A stretch of 64,000 bases of DNA from a virus (lineage: Duplodnaviria > Caudoviricetes). The stretch lies in the IMG/VR virus record IMGVR_UViG_3300010429_001449; one strand, given 5' to 3'. A program made the translations under genes and the position numbers. Below, in pieces: positions 14,740 to 22,817 of the stretch; the stretch's first letter is position 1, and the number at the start of each line of letters is the position of its first letter. The notes below the pieces were generated by a model, which ran no database searches, was not told the DNA's origin, and saw nothing but the letters and a program-made list of their open reading frames with translations.

Positions 14740-14829
14740 TGGTGGAACGGGGAGGACTCGAACCTCCAGTTGGCCCTTTCGGTACCGCCAGATTTACAGT
14801 CTGGTCCGCTGCCATTGCGGGACCGTTCC
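14740..14829 (-). tRNA. trnY: tRNA-Tyr(GUA)
   Basis: CT-GTA-AA, long variable arm, TTCGAGT, CCA. Confidence 0.9.
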
Positions 14830-14832
14830 ACA

Positions 14833-15057
14833 TCAACGACGAACCACGCTTGCAGCACGACAAGCTGGACAAATCCACTTGATCCCGACCTTCACCCACT
14901 TCCCCTTCTCGGCGTCCTGAACGGCTTGTTCCGGCGTCGGGCGCATAGGCGTGTACTCAAGGCAGTCTTCCGCGCCCGTATGTGAACACTGAATATAGTA
15001 TCCGCACTCACTGATGTGCTCGACGCCCAACTGCTGTACGTCATGCTCGTTCATCAC
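14833..15057 (-). CDS. Small Cys-containing hypothetical protein within the tRNA array
   Basis: GGAGG RBS; GW...WICPAC ending. Confidence 0.65.
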   Translation of the reverse strand: MMNEHDVQQLGVEHISECGYYIQCSHTGAEDCLEYTPMRPTPEQAVQDAEKGKWVKVGIKWICPACRAASVVRR

Positions 15058-15073
15058 AACCTCCGAGAGGAAG

Positions 15074-15163
15074 TGGCGGACGGAGGGGGACTTGAACCCC
15101 CAGAACCGTGTTAGGGTTCTCCAGATTTCGAGGCTGGTGCCTTGCCAATTAGGCTACCCGTCC
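15074..15163 (-). tRNA. trnS: tRNA-Ser(CGA)
   Basis: CT-CGA-AA, long variable arm, G73, CCA. Confidence 0.9.
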
Positions 15164-15175
15164 GTACGAAAAGAG

Positions 15176-15266
15176 TGGCGGAAGGAGGGGGACTCGAACC
15201 CCCAAGAGAGCTTTTGGCCCTCCGACGGTTTAGCAAACCGTTGCCTTGCCATTAGGCAATCCTTCC
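15176..15266 (-). tRNA. trnS: tRNA-Ser(GCU)
   Basis: TT-GCT-AA, long variable arm, G73, CCA. Confidence 0.9.
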
Positions 15267-15267
15267 G

Positions 15268-15343
15268 TGGCGGTCTGTAGGGGAACTCGAACCCCTTCCT
15301 TCTGGTTGACAACCAGACATGCAATCCTTTACACCAACAGACC
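15268..15343 (-). tRNA. trnD: tRNA-Asp(GUC)
   Basis: TT-GTC-AA, G73, CCA. Confidence 0.9.
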
Positions 15344-15349
15344 AGAAAC

Positions 15350-15460
15350 TGGTGGGCGGCTGGCCGGATTCACACCGACATTCTCACCGAGAAGGATCGT
15401 TGTTGCAGACCACTTCCTTCTAATTGTGAGACCTTACCAGGCTGCAAAATGCAGCCGCCC
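15350..15460 (-). ncRNA. tRNA-like RNA A (9-bp closing stem, T-arm, ACCA end, elongated central arm)
   Basis: GGGCGGCTG/CAGCCGCCC-ACCA; GTCGG-TGTGAAT-CCGGC; D-loop-like GCAGCCTGGT; TCTCAC..AGAAGGA/TCCTTCT..GTGAGA stem. Confidence 0.7.
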
Positions 15461-15471
15461 GAAAACTGTTC

Positions 15472-15585
15472 GCGGCTGGCCGGGTTCATCCGTTCCGCCT
15501 TTGGGTTTGTGGCGGGTAGCTACTCCCGCTCTCACGCGCCCTGGTACGCTCCGTAGGGCATACGATCCCAAGATTACGCAGCCGC
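15472..15585 (-). ncRNA. tRNA-like RNA B (degenerate family member)
   Basis: GCGGCTG/CAGCCGC closing stem preceded by CCGGC as in RNA A. Confidence 0.5.
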
Positions 15586-15596
15586 TAAAGATTGCG

Positions 15597-15759
15597 TGGC
15601 GACTGGCCGGTTTCCTCACCCGGCTCCCATTTGGTCACGGACGGCCCAATGTTGGCTTCACAGAAGCTCCGAACCAAGAGCAATATGTTCACAGCTTCTC
15701 AGCAACTCTGACGCGCCGCGTTGAATTGCAACCAGACGATTGCTTCGTCTCAGTCGCCA
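15597..15759 (-). ncRNA. tRNA-like RNA C
   Basis: TGGCGACTG/CAGTCGCCA closing stem; GGA-GCCGG-GTGAGGAAA-CCGGC arm; 5' hairpin AGACGA/TCGTCT. Confidence 0.65.
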
Positions 15760-15767
15760 AAAATGAC

Positions 15768-15841
15768 TGGCCAAACGGGGAGGAGTCGAACCCCCCTCTC
15801 CCGTTGTACATCGGGTGTTCTGCCATCTGAACTACCGTTTG
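15768..15841 (-). tRNA. tRNA with aberrant 8-nt anticodon loop (identity undetermined)
   Basis: Normal acceptor, D and T arms and CCA; anticodon arm CCCG-ATGTACAA-CGGG. Confidence 0.7.
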
Positions 15842-15850
15842 GTCGAAACC

Positions 15851-16020
15851 GCTGACTGGCAGGATTCCCCACCCTGCTCCGCACGGAAGCATTGCGCGTT
15901 ATTCCGTGGCATCGGGCCGTCTCACTGTCCCCCGGCTTCCACCGAGTCGCGGCTCGTCTCTGAACTAACGGTTCTCGTCGTCCAGACTCTTACCCGACCA
16001 GCGCACTGGCCGCAGTCAGC
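15851..16020 (-). ncRNA. tRNA-like RNA D (paralog of RNA C)
   Basis: GCTGACTG/CAGTCAGC closing stem; GGA-GCAGG-GTGGGGAAT-CCTGC arm; 5' hairpin CGGCCAG/CTGGTCG. Confidence 0.65.
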
Positions 16021-16026
16021 AGAAAC

Positions 16027-16171
16027 TGGCTGCTCGCGGGGAGGATTTGAACCCCCGTCCACAGACCCAAGCGTCTGGCGACGCTTGTTCGCGGCGCGGC
16101 CTACCCCGCCAGAGGCATGACCGCTTAGCCCGCAGCCTGCGTGTTTTAAGCCAGACCTAAACTACGCGAGC
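16027..16171 (-). ncRNA. tRNA-like RNA E with a structured insert replacing the anticodon loop
   Basis: GCTCGCG/CGCGAGC acceptor, D-arm, GGGGG-TTCAAAT-CCTCC T-arm, 3' CCA; about 65-nt insert. Confidence 0.7.
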
Positions 16172-16271
16172 GCAGCAATGTCAAAGAGCGGTACGACAAC
16201 TCAGGTCATCTTACCATCCTCCGCAAGAAATGTCTCGGCGAAACAGCAAAGACAATCACTCACGTCTGACA

Positions 16272-16304
16272 CTGTTATTATAACAGCGGGGAGGAAGATG
16301 TCAA
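16272..16304 (-). promoter_or_regulatory. Promoter of tRNA/ncRNA array (same class as cassette promoters)
   Basis: TTGACA-N16-TATAAT with CTGTTAT-A-ATAACAG core. Confidence 0.85.
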
Positions 16305-16317
16305 GAGATTTTTCCGA

Positions 16318-16665
16318 TTAATCGTTGGTTCCTTCAATGATAGTTACGCGCTTCTTGCGGACACCGGCTGCTTCCTCTTGGAGTTTGCGGTGGAGGTCGC
16401 CCTGTTTGCCGTCGAGACGGTACTCGAAGCCGACGACGTTCATGCAGTTGGAGTTGGTACACATCCAGATGTTCCGCTTGACGGGGATTAGGTTCTTACG
16501 CTTGTCGCGTGAGAGACCTGGAACAGTCCTGGCGAAGACCATGTTCGCGTGGCAAAGGGGGCAGGCCACGCCCTTGCGCAAATTGAAGTTGACGCGCTTA
16601 ACCGCCGAGTTGGTCTTCGGCGGGGCGTCCGTTTTGCCCTTGCTCAGACGGCCTTTGTGACTCAT
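16318..16665 (-). CDS. Basic Zn-ribbon protein
   Basis: CPLC...WMCTNSNC; GGAG before ATG 16665. Confidence 0.7.
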   Translation of the reverse strand: MSHKGRLSKGKTDAPPKTNSAVKRVNFNLRKGVACPLCHANMVFARTVPGLSRDKRKNLIPVKRNIWMCTNSNCMNVVGFEYRLDGKQGDLHRKLQEEAAGVRKKRVTIIEGTND

Positions 16666-16936
16666 CAGAAAGCTCCACGCCCATTTCTTGCGCGGCATCC
16701 TTCACCGCGTGGGCGAATTCTTCAGATGTGAAAACGCCTTTTTCTATCAACAGGGACACGAGAGCAACGCGACTGACCACATTGACATTGGTAATGCGTG
16801 CAGTCGTCGCCAGAGTTCTACGAACTTCTGTGTCGGAGGCCAGCAGCCGCTGGAGCAACTGGGCCACCGCTACAGACGGGCGGCCACCGCTGCGGCCAAC
16901 TCCTCCCGGCTCATTTTGATCACACATCGTTCGCAC
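16598..16936 (-). CDS. Hypothetical protein
   Basis: ALVSLLIEKGVFTSEEF pattern; operon packing; start uncertain. Confidence 0.6.
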   Translation of the reverse strand: MRTMCDQNEPGGVGRSGGRPSVAVAQLLQRLLASDTEVRRTLATTARITNVNVVSRVALVSLLIEKGVFTSEEFAHAVKDAAQEMGVELSDESQRPSEQGQNGRPAEDQLGG

Positions 16937-17283
16937 GCCACCAGAACATGGTCCTTTGTCCAGACGGCCTTGTCGCTATCCTTACGCGGCTTCCTGTGAC
17001 AGAAAGGACAGGTCTTAGACGGATCGTTGTCATCAATAGCTTGGAGAGCCAGCTTGGCCGCCTCCACGTGGGGGCCTTCAACGCCCAAGTTGACCAGCGT
17101 TTGAAGAATCTCCACCCCCGCCACAAATAGGCCCAAGCCGGTTTTGACTTCTGTCGGCGAGAAGACTACGCGGGCGGATACTTCGCCGTCCGGGTTGTTA
17201 GACACGGTAACAGCCGTTACGAAGTCGCCCTCATAACTGCGTTCGGTCCTACGATCTTTGAGAGTTACCTTAACAGAACTCAT
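16870..17283 (-). CDS. Hypothetical protein with C-terminal ClpX-type Zn finger
   Basis: CPFC...VACERC; AGGAG RBS. Confidence 0.65.
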   Translation of the reverse strand: MSSVKVTLKDRRTERSYEGDFVTAVTVSNNPDGEVSARVVFSPTEVKTGLGLFVAGVEILQTLVNLGVEGPHVEAAKLALQAIDDNDPSKTCPFCHRKPRKDSDKAVWTKDHVLVACERCVIKMSREELAAAVAARL

Positions 17284-17738
17284 CAGCTTTCTCCTATGCC
17301 TAGCGAAACTGTAGCCCCACACGAGGGACAACGCAAGAAAACACCATCTCCAATCTGGGTCAGAGGAATGTTCTCCGGCCACAGTTCAGAGCACGACGAA
17401 CAGCCAGCGGAGATCGCCCCGACCTTCTCCATGCGCTCGGATTGGAAATCCCGCAGGGATTCCAGCAAGCCGGGCGAGATGGGTCGACGCTCCGATTCTT
17501 CCTCTTTGATGCGACTGATCAGATCGATGGCCTCCCTGCGCGAGAGCGACGCCAGCCAGAACACGGGAGCCATACGAGAAAGCTCCAGGAAGCTGATGAT
17601 GCTCGGCGCGAACAGACCCTTCGTGATTTGCCAGTGATTGTACAGGAAGAAGAACTGCTTGTAAGTGATTCCCTGCGCGGGGAACCCGCCGGAAAACCAC
17701 GAGTCGTTTCGTTTGTTTCTGTGAACTCGCGCCATCAC
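17283..17738 (-). CDS. Hypothetical protein with C-terminal Zn ribbon
   Basis: CSSC...CPSCG; coupled to neighbours. Confidence 0.65.
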   Translation of the reverse strand: MMARVHRNKRNDSWFSGGFPAQGITYKQFFFLYNHWQITKGLFAPSIISFLELSRMAPVFWLASLSRREAIDLISRIKEEESERRPISPGLLESLRDFQSERMEKVGAISAGCSSCSELWPENIPLTQIGDGVFLRCPSCGATVSLGIGES

Positions 17739-18226
17739 GCGATCCCCCGATAATAAGGCGGCGGTGCGGCGTTGCGGAAGCCGTGTAACTCGACGATGTG
17801 AACCATGATCTTGAAGCCGGTCTTAGGCATGTAGATGCGCCAGACGCCCTCTTTGGGGAACGGGCAAACAATGCGCTTGTCCACCCCAGTGGCCTTGATG
17901 TGTGCGCCGATAATGCTCTGGCCGCTCATGTCGTAAGGATCGTCCTTCGGCAGATCAATGAAAATGTAGTACGTGTGCAACCACAGACCCAGACGGCTGA
18001 TTTCGCGTCGAGCCTCGGAAAGTGTAACAACAGTGCCTGGCCGATCATCCGTCGTCATGTCCACGTGCTTGCAGCGGTGACGGTACGCGTTGCCCTGGCA
18101 CGAACACTCACCCGTCGATTGGACGGTGTAGGTCGCGTCATGGACGAGTTTCGTTCCGTCAGGAGAGATGTTGAACTTCAACACGTGCGCCACGCCATCC
18201 CGGAAACCGGTAGGCTCGAAGTACAC
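17735..18226 (-). CDS. SWIM zinc-finger protein
   Basis: YTV....CSC.......CKH; start uncertain. Confidence 0.7.
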   Translation of the reverse strand: MYFEPTGFRDGVAHVLKFNISPDGTKLVHDATYTVQSTGECSCQGNAYRHRCKHVDMTTDDRPGTVVTLSEARREISRLGLWLHTYYIFIDLPKDDPYDMSGQSIIGAHIKATGVDKRIVCPFPKEGVWRIYMPKTGFKIMVHIVELHGFRNAAPPPYYRGIA

Positions 18227-18236
18227 GTGCTGCGGC

Positions 18237-19085
18237 TCAACCTTCTTCCGCTTCGCCTTCTTCGGACTCTTCTCCGTCGTCTGCGGCGGCGAAGGCTGCG
18301 AGGGCGTTTTCTCCGTAGAGGACACGGACATCGTCTCCGGGTTCGAGAGCAATGACTTTGACACCAAACGTGCGCTCCAAACTGAGGCACAGTTTGCTAA
18401 GAGATTCCTTACGCCCATCCCATGCCTCAGCGTTGAAAGCAGTACAAATGCAAGCCAGGAGATGACCAGGTTTGTCGGACTCGGCTATGGTACGAGCACG
18501 CGCTTCTGCCTCCTGCCAGACAGCAAGCTGCTCCGCAAACAATGGAAAACGCAGAATCTTGACAGGATGATCCGGCGTCGGCCTTTCCGTCTTCTTGTCT
18601 GCCACGGCTGTCTCCAGCGCTTGGTTCACTTGCTCCTTGACCTGTTCCAGAGAAAGGTCTTGCGCCGTCTCCAACCACTCCTTTGCCGTATCTTCGTCCT
18701 TCAACAAACCGGCGTCGGCGAGTTTGCGCAGGCTGTTGGCCTTCGTCGTCGAGATAGTGCCCATCTCCTCTTTCGTGAGAGGGGTATTGTCTCGCAGCGA
18801 CCGGAATATCTGGACGTAGGTGTAACCCTGTCGTCCAGGCATTCCCAGTTCTTTCTCGCAGTACTCGTCGAAGGAGTTCCAACCATAGTCGTTGTAGAAC
18901 GACTTCTTGATAATGTGATCCAGCGTCTCCGCCAACGCCACATTCAGAACTCTCGAAGCGAAATACAAGGCGCGGGCGCGATCACGCACCTCCTCGGACG
19001 ACAACGACTCCAGGTCAACCTCGTCGGGAACACCGGGCACCAACTCTTTCTTCTGGACTGCTGGTAACATCTTTTCGTCTGGCAT
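18237..19085 (-). CDS. Hypothetical DNA-binding protein (DUF3102-like helical domain)
   Basis: YGWNSFDEYCEKELG pattern; 282 aa. Confidence 0.7.
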   Translation of the reverse strand: MPDEKMLPAVQKKELVPGVPDEVDLESLSSEEVRDRARALYFASRVLNVALAETLDHIIKKSFYNDYGWNSFDEYCEKELGMPGRQGYTYVQIFRSLRDNTPLTKEEMGTISTTKANSLRKLADAGLLKDEDTAKEWLETAQDLSLEQVKEQVNQALETAVADKKTERPTPDHPVKILRFPLFAEQLAVWQEAEARARTIAESDKPGHLLACICTAFNAEAWDGRKESLSKLCLSLERTFGVKVIALEPGDDVRVLYGENALAAFAAADDGEESEEGEAEEG

Positions 19086-19487
19086 TTACACCGCTCCCAC
19101 AGATCGCCCCTCGCGGAGAGCAGTTCTGACATCGTTCCAATGGACCCACACGGTGTGTAGTGAATGTCCTGTCATCTTCGCAACCTCGGCGTGCGGCTTT
19201 CGAGCAATCCTCGGACTTAAGAAAAAGTCCGGAATGGACTTGTAGCCTAGACCCTTCACTACTTCCGCGAAAGTAGGCTGCCGAGGCTTCACGTCCAGCT
19301 TTTTGATCACCCTTCTCACCGTTTCAGCCGAGAACTTCTTGTCGTCGCCTGCCAACAGCATCGCAATCTCCGGGGCCGTCTTTCGCTGCTCCACCGCTAG
19401 GTGTTTCAGAACGGCTCCTAACTCACTTGTTCCCAGATGACGCTCCCCCCAAGTCTGAGCCGCGATCACAAACGCTGTGCGTCTCAT
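19086..19487 (-). CDS. Putative HTH protein
   Basis: AAGGAG RBS; TAPEIAMLL..SAETVRR and HAEVAKMTGHSLHTV. Confidence 0.65.
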   Translation of the reverse strand: MRRTAFVIAAQTWGERHLGTSELGAVLKHLAVEQRKTAPEIAMLLAGDDKKFSAETVRRVIKKLDVKPRQPTFAEVVKGLGYKSIPDFFLSPRIARKPHAEVAKMTGHSLHTVWVHWNDVRTALREGRSVGAV

Positions 19488-20073
19488 GCACGGTCTCCTT
19501 TTCTGAAAGGGACTTGGGAGCACCCAAAGCTTCCGGGTTGTCACACCAACCCAGAAAATCACGAAATACGCAGATGAATAGCGAACTCGCGCCATCCTCC
19601 TGCGTAACATCACGCCCGTCATCAAAACGCATGACCGGGAGCGCGGGCTTGCCCACACGATCACACAACCACCGCCATTCTCTGCGGCCCATCACCAGGA
19701 GGTGCTTGCCGCTCCTTACGGAAATGACCAGCCATCGCATTTTGCGTCCGCTGAGAACAACCTCGACTTGACCGAGTTCATTCCACCACCGGACAATCGG
19801 ATGATTGCCGGGCGATGCTACCAGCAGTCCAAACAAATCCTCTCGGTCGAACTCGCTGGGGCGACACTTGGCGTCCACCGCGAATGGAAATCCTTCCGCA
19901 GCCGGTTTGGCCGCCACAATATCGGCCTCAGCTTTTGCGCGAGGGAATGCGCCGGAGCAGGCGATGCGGGCGAATGCGTCTCGGTCTCCGCACCACCACT
20001 CGCCCAGTTCGTGGGCGAGCTTTAGCTCGAACGCTTTCCAAGTACCAGTGCCTTGATTACCCTTGCGCGACAT
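19423..20073 (-). CDS. Holliday-junction resolvase-like PD-(D/E)XK nuclease
   Basis: K.FE..LA..L..W...FAR...SGA...ADI...FAVDAK. Confidence 0.75.
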   Translation of the reverse strand: MSRKGNQGTGTWKAFELKLAHELGEWWCGDRDAFARIACSGAFPRAKAEADIVAAKPAAEGFPFAVDAKCRPSEFDREDLFGLLVASPGNHPIVRWWNELGQVEVVLSGRKMRWLVISVRSGKHLLVMGRREWRWLCDRVGKPALPVMRFDDGRDVTQEDGASSLFICVFRDFLGWCDNPEALGAPKSLSEKETVHETHSVCDRGSDLGGASSGNK

Positions 20074-20995
20074 CTTTCTGCCACTCCTCTACCAACTCAT
20101 CGACGTAATCATCGTCAAAACAACGAGACGCCCAAGGGCAGGAGCGCGTGTCGCACCCCAACAGTCTGGGCGGGAAATTTCTGTTCTTTTCGGCGGCGCG
20201 ATACTGACGGAGCAGAGCGAGCGTGCGCTCGACCAGGGCTTCGTCGTAGTCGATGACGAACTCCTTGACGAGCGCGGGGTCTTCGTTGCCTTTGTCGATG
20301 TAAACGATCCGCGCCTGCGTCAGCTTGAGCGGACGCATGTAAAGATTGGCCTGGAGCACGTGCGCGTCATACGGCTTCTTGAGAAACTGGTACGACTTGG
20401 GACCGGCAGACTTCAATTCGAGGATTGAAAAAGGCGAAGTGGCCAATACGCCGTCTGTGTGCCCGATATAGCCGGTATCCTCGTCCTTCACTCCCATCTC
20501 GACGTAATGCCAGTAACCGCCTCTCGGACACAACTGGCAGTGCCGCTCAACAACACTGTCGTCCGGCCAAATGCACTTGCACGTCTTGACATCCGCGCAC
20601 TTCTCGCACGGGCCGGAAGGCATCTTGACCCACAGGTCGCGGTCGAAACCGCCTACCCTGTGGCCGCACCGCTTGCATTCCCAGACACCGAGCAGGAGTC
20701 CTGCGGGGCCAAGATACTGATTCTGAAACAGATCGTGCAACGCCGAGCCGAAGTTGAACCGCGCCATCGTCAACGCATCAACGTCCTTGACGCCATCTAT
20801 AGGGTCAAGCAGCGAGAACAACTTTTTGCGCGGACAAAAGCCGTAGAGTTCAGAACAATGCAGCCCCGGCGCACGATTAGTAGGAACCCAGTTCAGCGTA
20901 CGAAGCACTTGCTTCAGGGCGTCAGATATCAACGAGGACGGTTCAGGGGTTGTACTTTCAACGAGGTCGCCTAGCACATCTGTCACGTCGGACAT
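20057..20995 (-). CDS. Cas4-like / PD-(D/E)XK exonuclease
   Basis: CPRK, GSALH, GHTDG, ILELKS, QANLYM, C-terminal C...CPW..C. Confidence 0.85.
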   Translation of the reverse strand: MSDVTDVLGDLVESTTPEPSSLISDALKQVLRTLNWVPTNRAPGLHCSELYGFCPRKKLFSLLDPIDGVKDVDALTMARFNFGSALHDLFQNQYLGPAGLLLGVWECKRCGHRVGGFDRDLWVKMPSGPCEKCADVKTCKCIWPDDSVVERHCQLCPRGGYWHYVEMGVKDEDTGYIGHTDGVLATSPFSILELKSAGPKSYQFLKKPYDAHVLQANLYMRPLKLTQARIVYIDKGNEDPALVKEFVIDYDEALVERTLALLRQYRAAEKNRNFPPRLLGCDTRSCPWASRCFDDDYVDELVEEWQKDVAQG

Positions 20996-21016
20996 TCATG
21001 TTTCCTTTCACAAGAT

Positions 21017-21044
21017 ATTATATCCGAGGTATTGGTAATGTCAA
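21017..21044 (-). promoter_or_regulatory. Promoter
   Basis: TTGACA-N16-TATAAT without the palindrome. Confidence 0.8.
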
Positions 21045-21493
21045 GACTGTTTTGCGCAGTCTTGTTTTTCTTGCTGGTCTTCCCACGAGAGAAGTAGCCG
21101 GGTTAGGACGGGGAGGGGAATCATTACCCACTGTTTGCCGACGGCTACGGGAAGCTGTTGAAACTCGACGGCCAACGCGGGAAGCTGGCTCTCGCGCTCC
21201 GCCTCGATGAACAGCTTGGTGAGCCAGTCGGACTTGACGCTGAGCGAGCGGAACTGAGTAGTTTTGCACTCAAGCTTGAAAAAGCGGGTGATGACATCGC
21301 CTTTGTGTCCGTCGAACGCGCCGGAGGCTGGCTGGACGCGCCCGACCATTGCCTCGGCGACGCGCTCCTGGTGACGGCGGGCGGCCTCGTTGTTACGGAA
21401 CTGCTTGGCGTGAGAGCGTTTGTTGGACGATTTATCGCGGTCACGCTTGTCTCCGGTGTGTTCCAACAGCTTGCTCTGATCAATGGGAGGCAT
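21041..21493 (-). CDS. Second resolvase-like PD-(D/E)XK nuclease
   Basis: E..VA...G...PASGA....KGDV....FKLECKTT. Confidence 0.8.
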   Translation of the reverse strand: MPPIDQSKLLEHTGDKRDRDKSSNKRSHAKQFRNNEAARRHQERVAEAMVGRVQPASGAFDGHKGDVITRFFKLECKTTQFRSLSVKSDWLTKLFIEAERESQLPALAVEFQQLPVAVGKQWVMIPLPVLTRLLLSWEDQQEKQDCAKQS

Positions 21494-22817
21494 CTTCCAA
21501 CTCCTCTTCTACTTTGCCTAAGCGCTCCTGGAACAAGGTCGTACGGACCTTCCACCAGAGTTGCAGGTCTTTCTCGATGCGGGCTGCTACGTCGGAAGAC
21601 GAAAGGATCAAGCCCTTCTTGAGGCAGGCTTCGTGAGCAGTAGCTACGTCCGTCAGCGCGGCGTCATTGAGAAGCTCCTGGCCGAGAGGAAGAGTCTCTA
21701 TGAGTTTGCCGTCCTCGTTGGCGGACAACGCCCATCCGGACTTCTGCATGGCTTTGGCGACCACCATCGGCTCGTTAGTCCAACCGGGAGGATGACCGTC
21801 GTAATTGTCGTGCCAGAGACGGAAGCTGCCTACGCGCTTGGGCGGCATCCCCGTTTTGTTCTTGGTGACGACGAACGAGAAGAGGGAGAGTACGGGATCG
21901 TCGTTGGGAGAGTACGTCTTGTTGCGCCGCATCCTGAGTTCGGCGCTCGACACGAACTCCTGGCCGCGCCCGCCCGGACGGACGATAGGATCGCCGAACA
22001 TCAGACCGACCTTCTCTCGAACTTGATTAATGAAAATCTGTGTCAGCACGCGACCGTCCTTACGGAGGTCGTCACTGTTCTGGAGACTGACAGCCTGGCG
22101 CATTAACCGGTTGACCAGGCGGGCCTGAACGCCTACCTGCATCTTCTCGGCGGTGTCCTGAATCTCGCCTAGAGGCGTCAGGGCCGCTATAGAGTCAATT
22201 ACGGAGATGTCGACGTCCAACTCCCTCAATGTCAGTTCGTAAGCGTCTATGGCCTGCTCAGCATACTCAGGACGCGAAACGTCAACGTACTCAGCGTCCA
22301 CCCCCAGCAAGGCTGCCCATGTGTTGGAGTAAACGCCCTCCATGTCGACCCAGAACGCCCGGTGAGGATTGAAAAAGCCGCACACAGGGCAGGACATCTC
22401 GAAGTCGCCGCAGTTCTCCCGCATCACCTTGATCTTCTTGTCGCTGCACTTTTCGCAGACTTCCTTCTTGGAACGAGAGCCGCACGTGGGGCAGCGCAGC
22501 AACGGCTTGGACAGGTCTTGCAACATCAAGGTGTTGTGGACACGGCAAATCATCTGCGACATAGCCACCAGCTTCAACAGCAGGAGAGTCTTGCTGCTTG
22601 AGTACTCGCCAAAACAACTGCCTATGCGCCCCTTTGGAAATCCTCCGCCAAGGGCGTAGTCCACGGCGAATATCCCGGTAGGCAACCACGGAATGTCGGA
22701 GTAAGGATTCTCGTCGGCAGGCATCAGTATGTTCTTGCCGTGCTTCCGAGCCAACTTCGTGGCGAGAGCCTTTAGCCGCTCCCGGTGCGTATCATGTCTG
22801 TTTTCTTCCTTGGCCAT
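21480..22817 (-). CDS. recA: RecA/UvsX-family recombinase with Cys-rich insertion
   Basis: PTGIFAVDYALGGGFPKGRI, GEYSSSKT, VIDSIAAL, G.QARL, FINQVREKVG, PGG, VTKNK. Confidence 0.92.
   Translation of the reverse strand: MAKEENRHDTHRERLKALATKLARKHGKNILMPADENPYSDIPWLPTGIFAVDYALGGGFPKGRIGSCFGEYSSSKTLLLLKLVAMSQMICRVHNTLMLQDLSKPLLRCPTCGSRSKKEVCEKCSDKKIKVMRENCGDFEMSCPVCGFFNPHRAFWVDMEGVYSNTWAALLGVDAEYVDVSRPEYAEQAIDAYELTLRELDVDISVIDSIAALTPLGEIQDTAEKMQVGVQARLVNRLMRQAVSLQNSDDLRKDGRVLTQIFINQVREKVGLMFGDPIVRPGGRGQEFVSSAELRMRRNKTYSPNDDPVLSLFSFVVTKNKTGMPPKRVGSFRLWHDNYDGHPPGWTNEPMVVAKAMQKSGWALSANEDGKLIETLPLGQELLNDAALTDVATAHEACLKKGLILSSSDVAARIEKDLQLWWKVRTTLFQERLGKVEEELEDASH

Noticed and set aside
15350-16171. 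tmRNA, RNase P RNA, SRP RNA, group I intron or theta (HDV-like) ribozyme
   Set aside because: No G3-U70 alanine acceptor with tag ORF, no RNase P or SRP signature, too short for a group I intron, and I could not draw an HDV double pseudoknot. A cmscan is still needed.
13019-16171. Stop-codon recoding or suppressor tRNA
   Set aside because: No CUA, UUA or UCA anticodon was found, and conserved genes are intact under the standard code.
20057-20995. Cas4-like gene as part of a CRISPR-Cas system
   Set aside because: Solo Cas4-like nucleases are common in phage recombination modules; no other cas genes or array are present.
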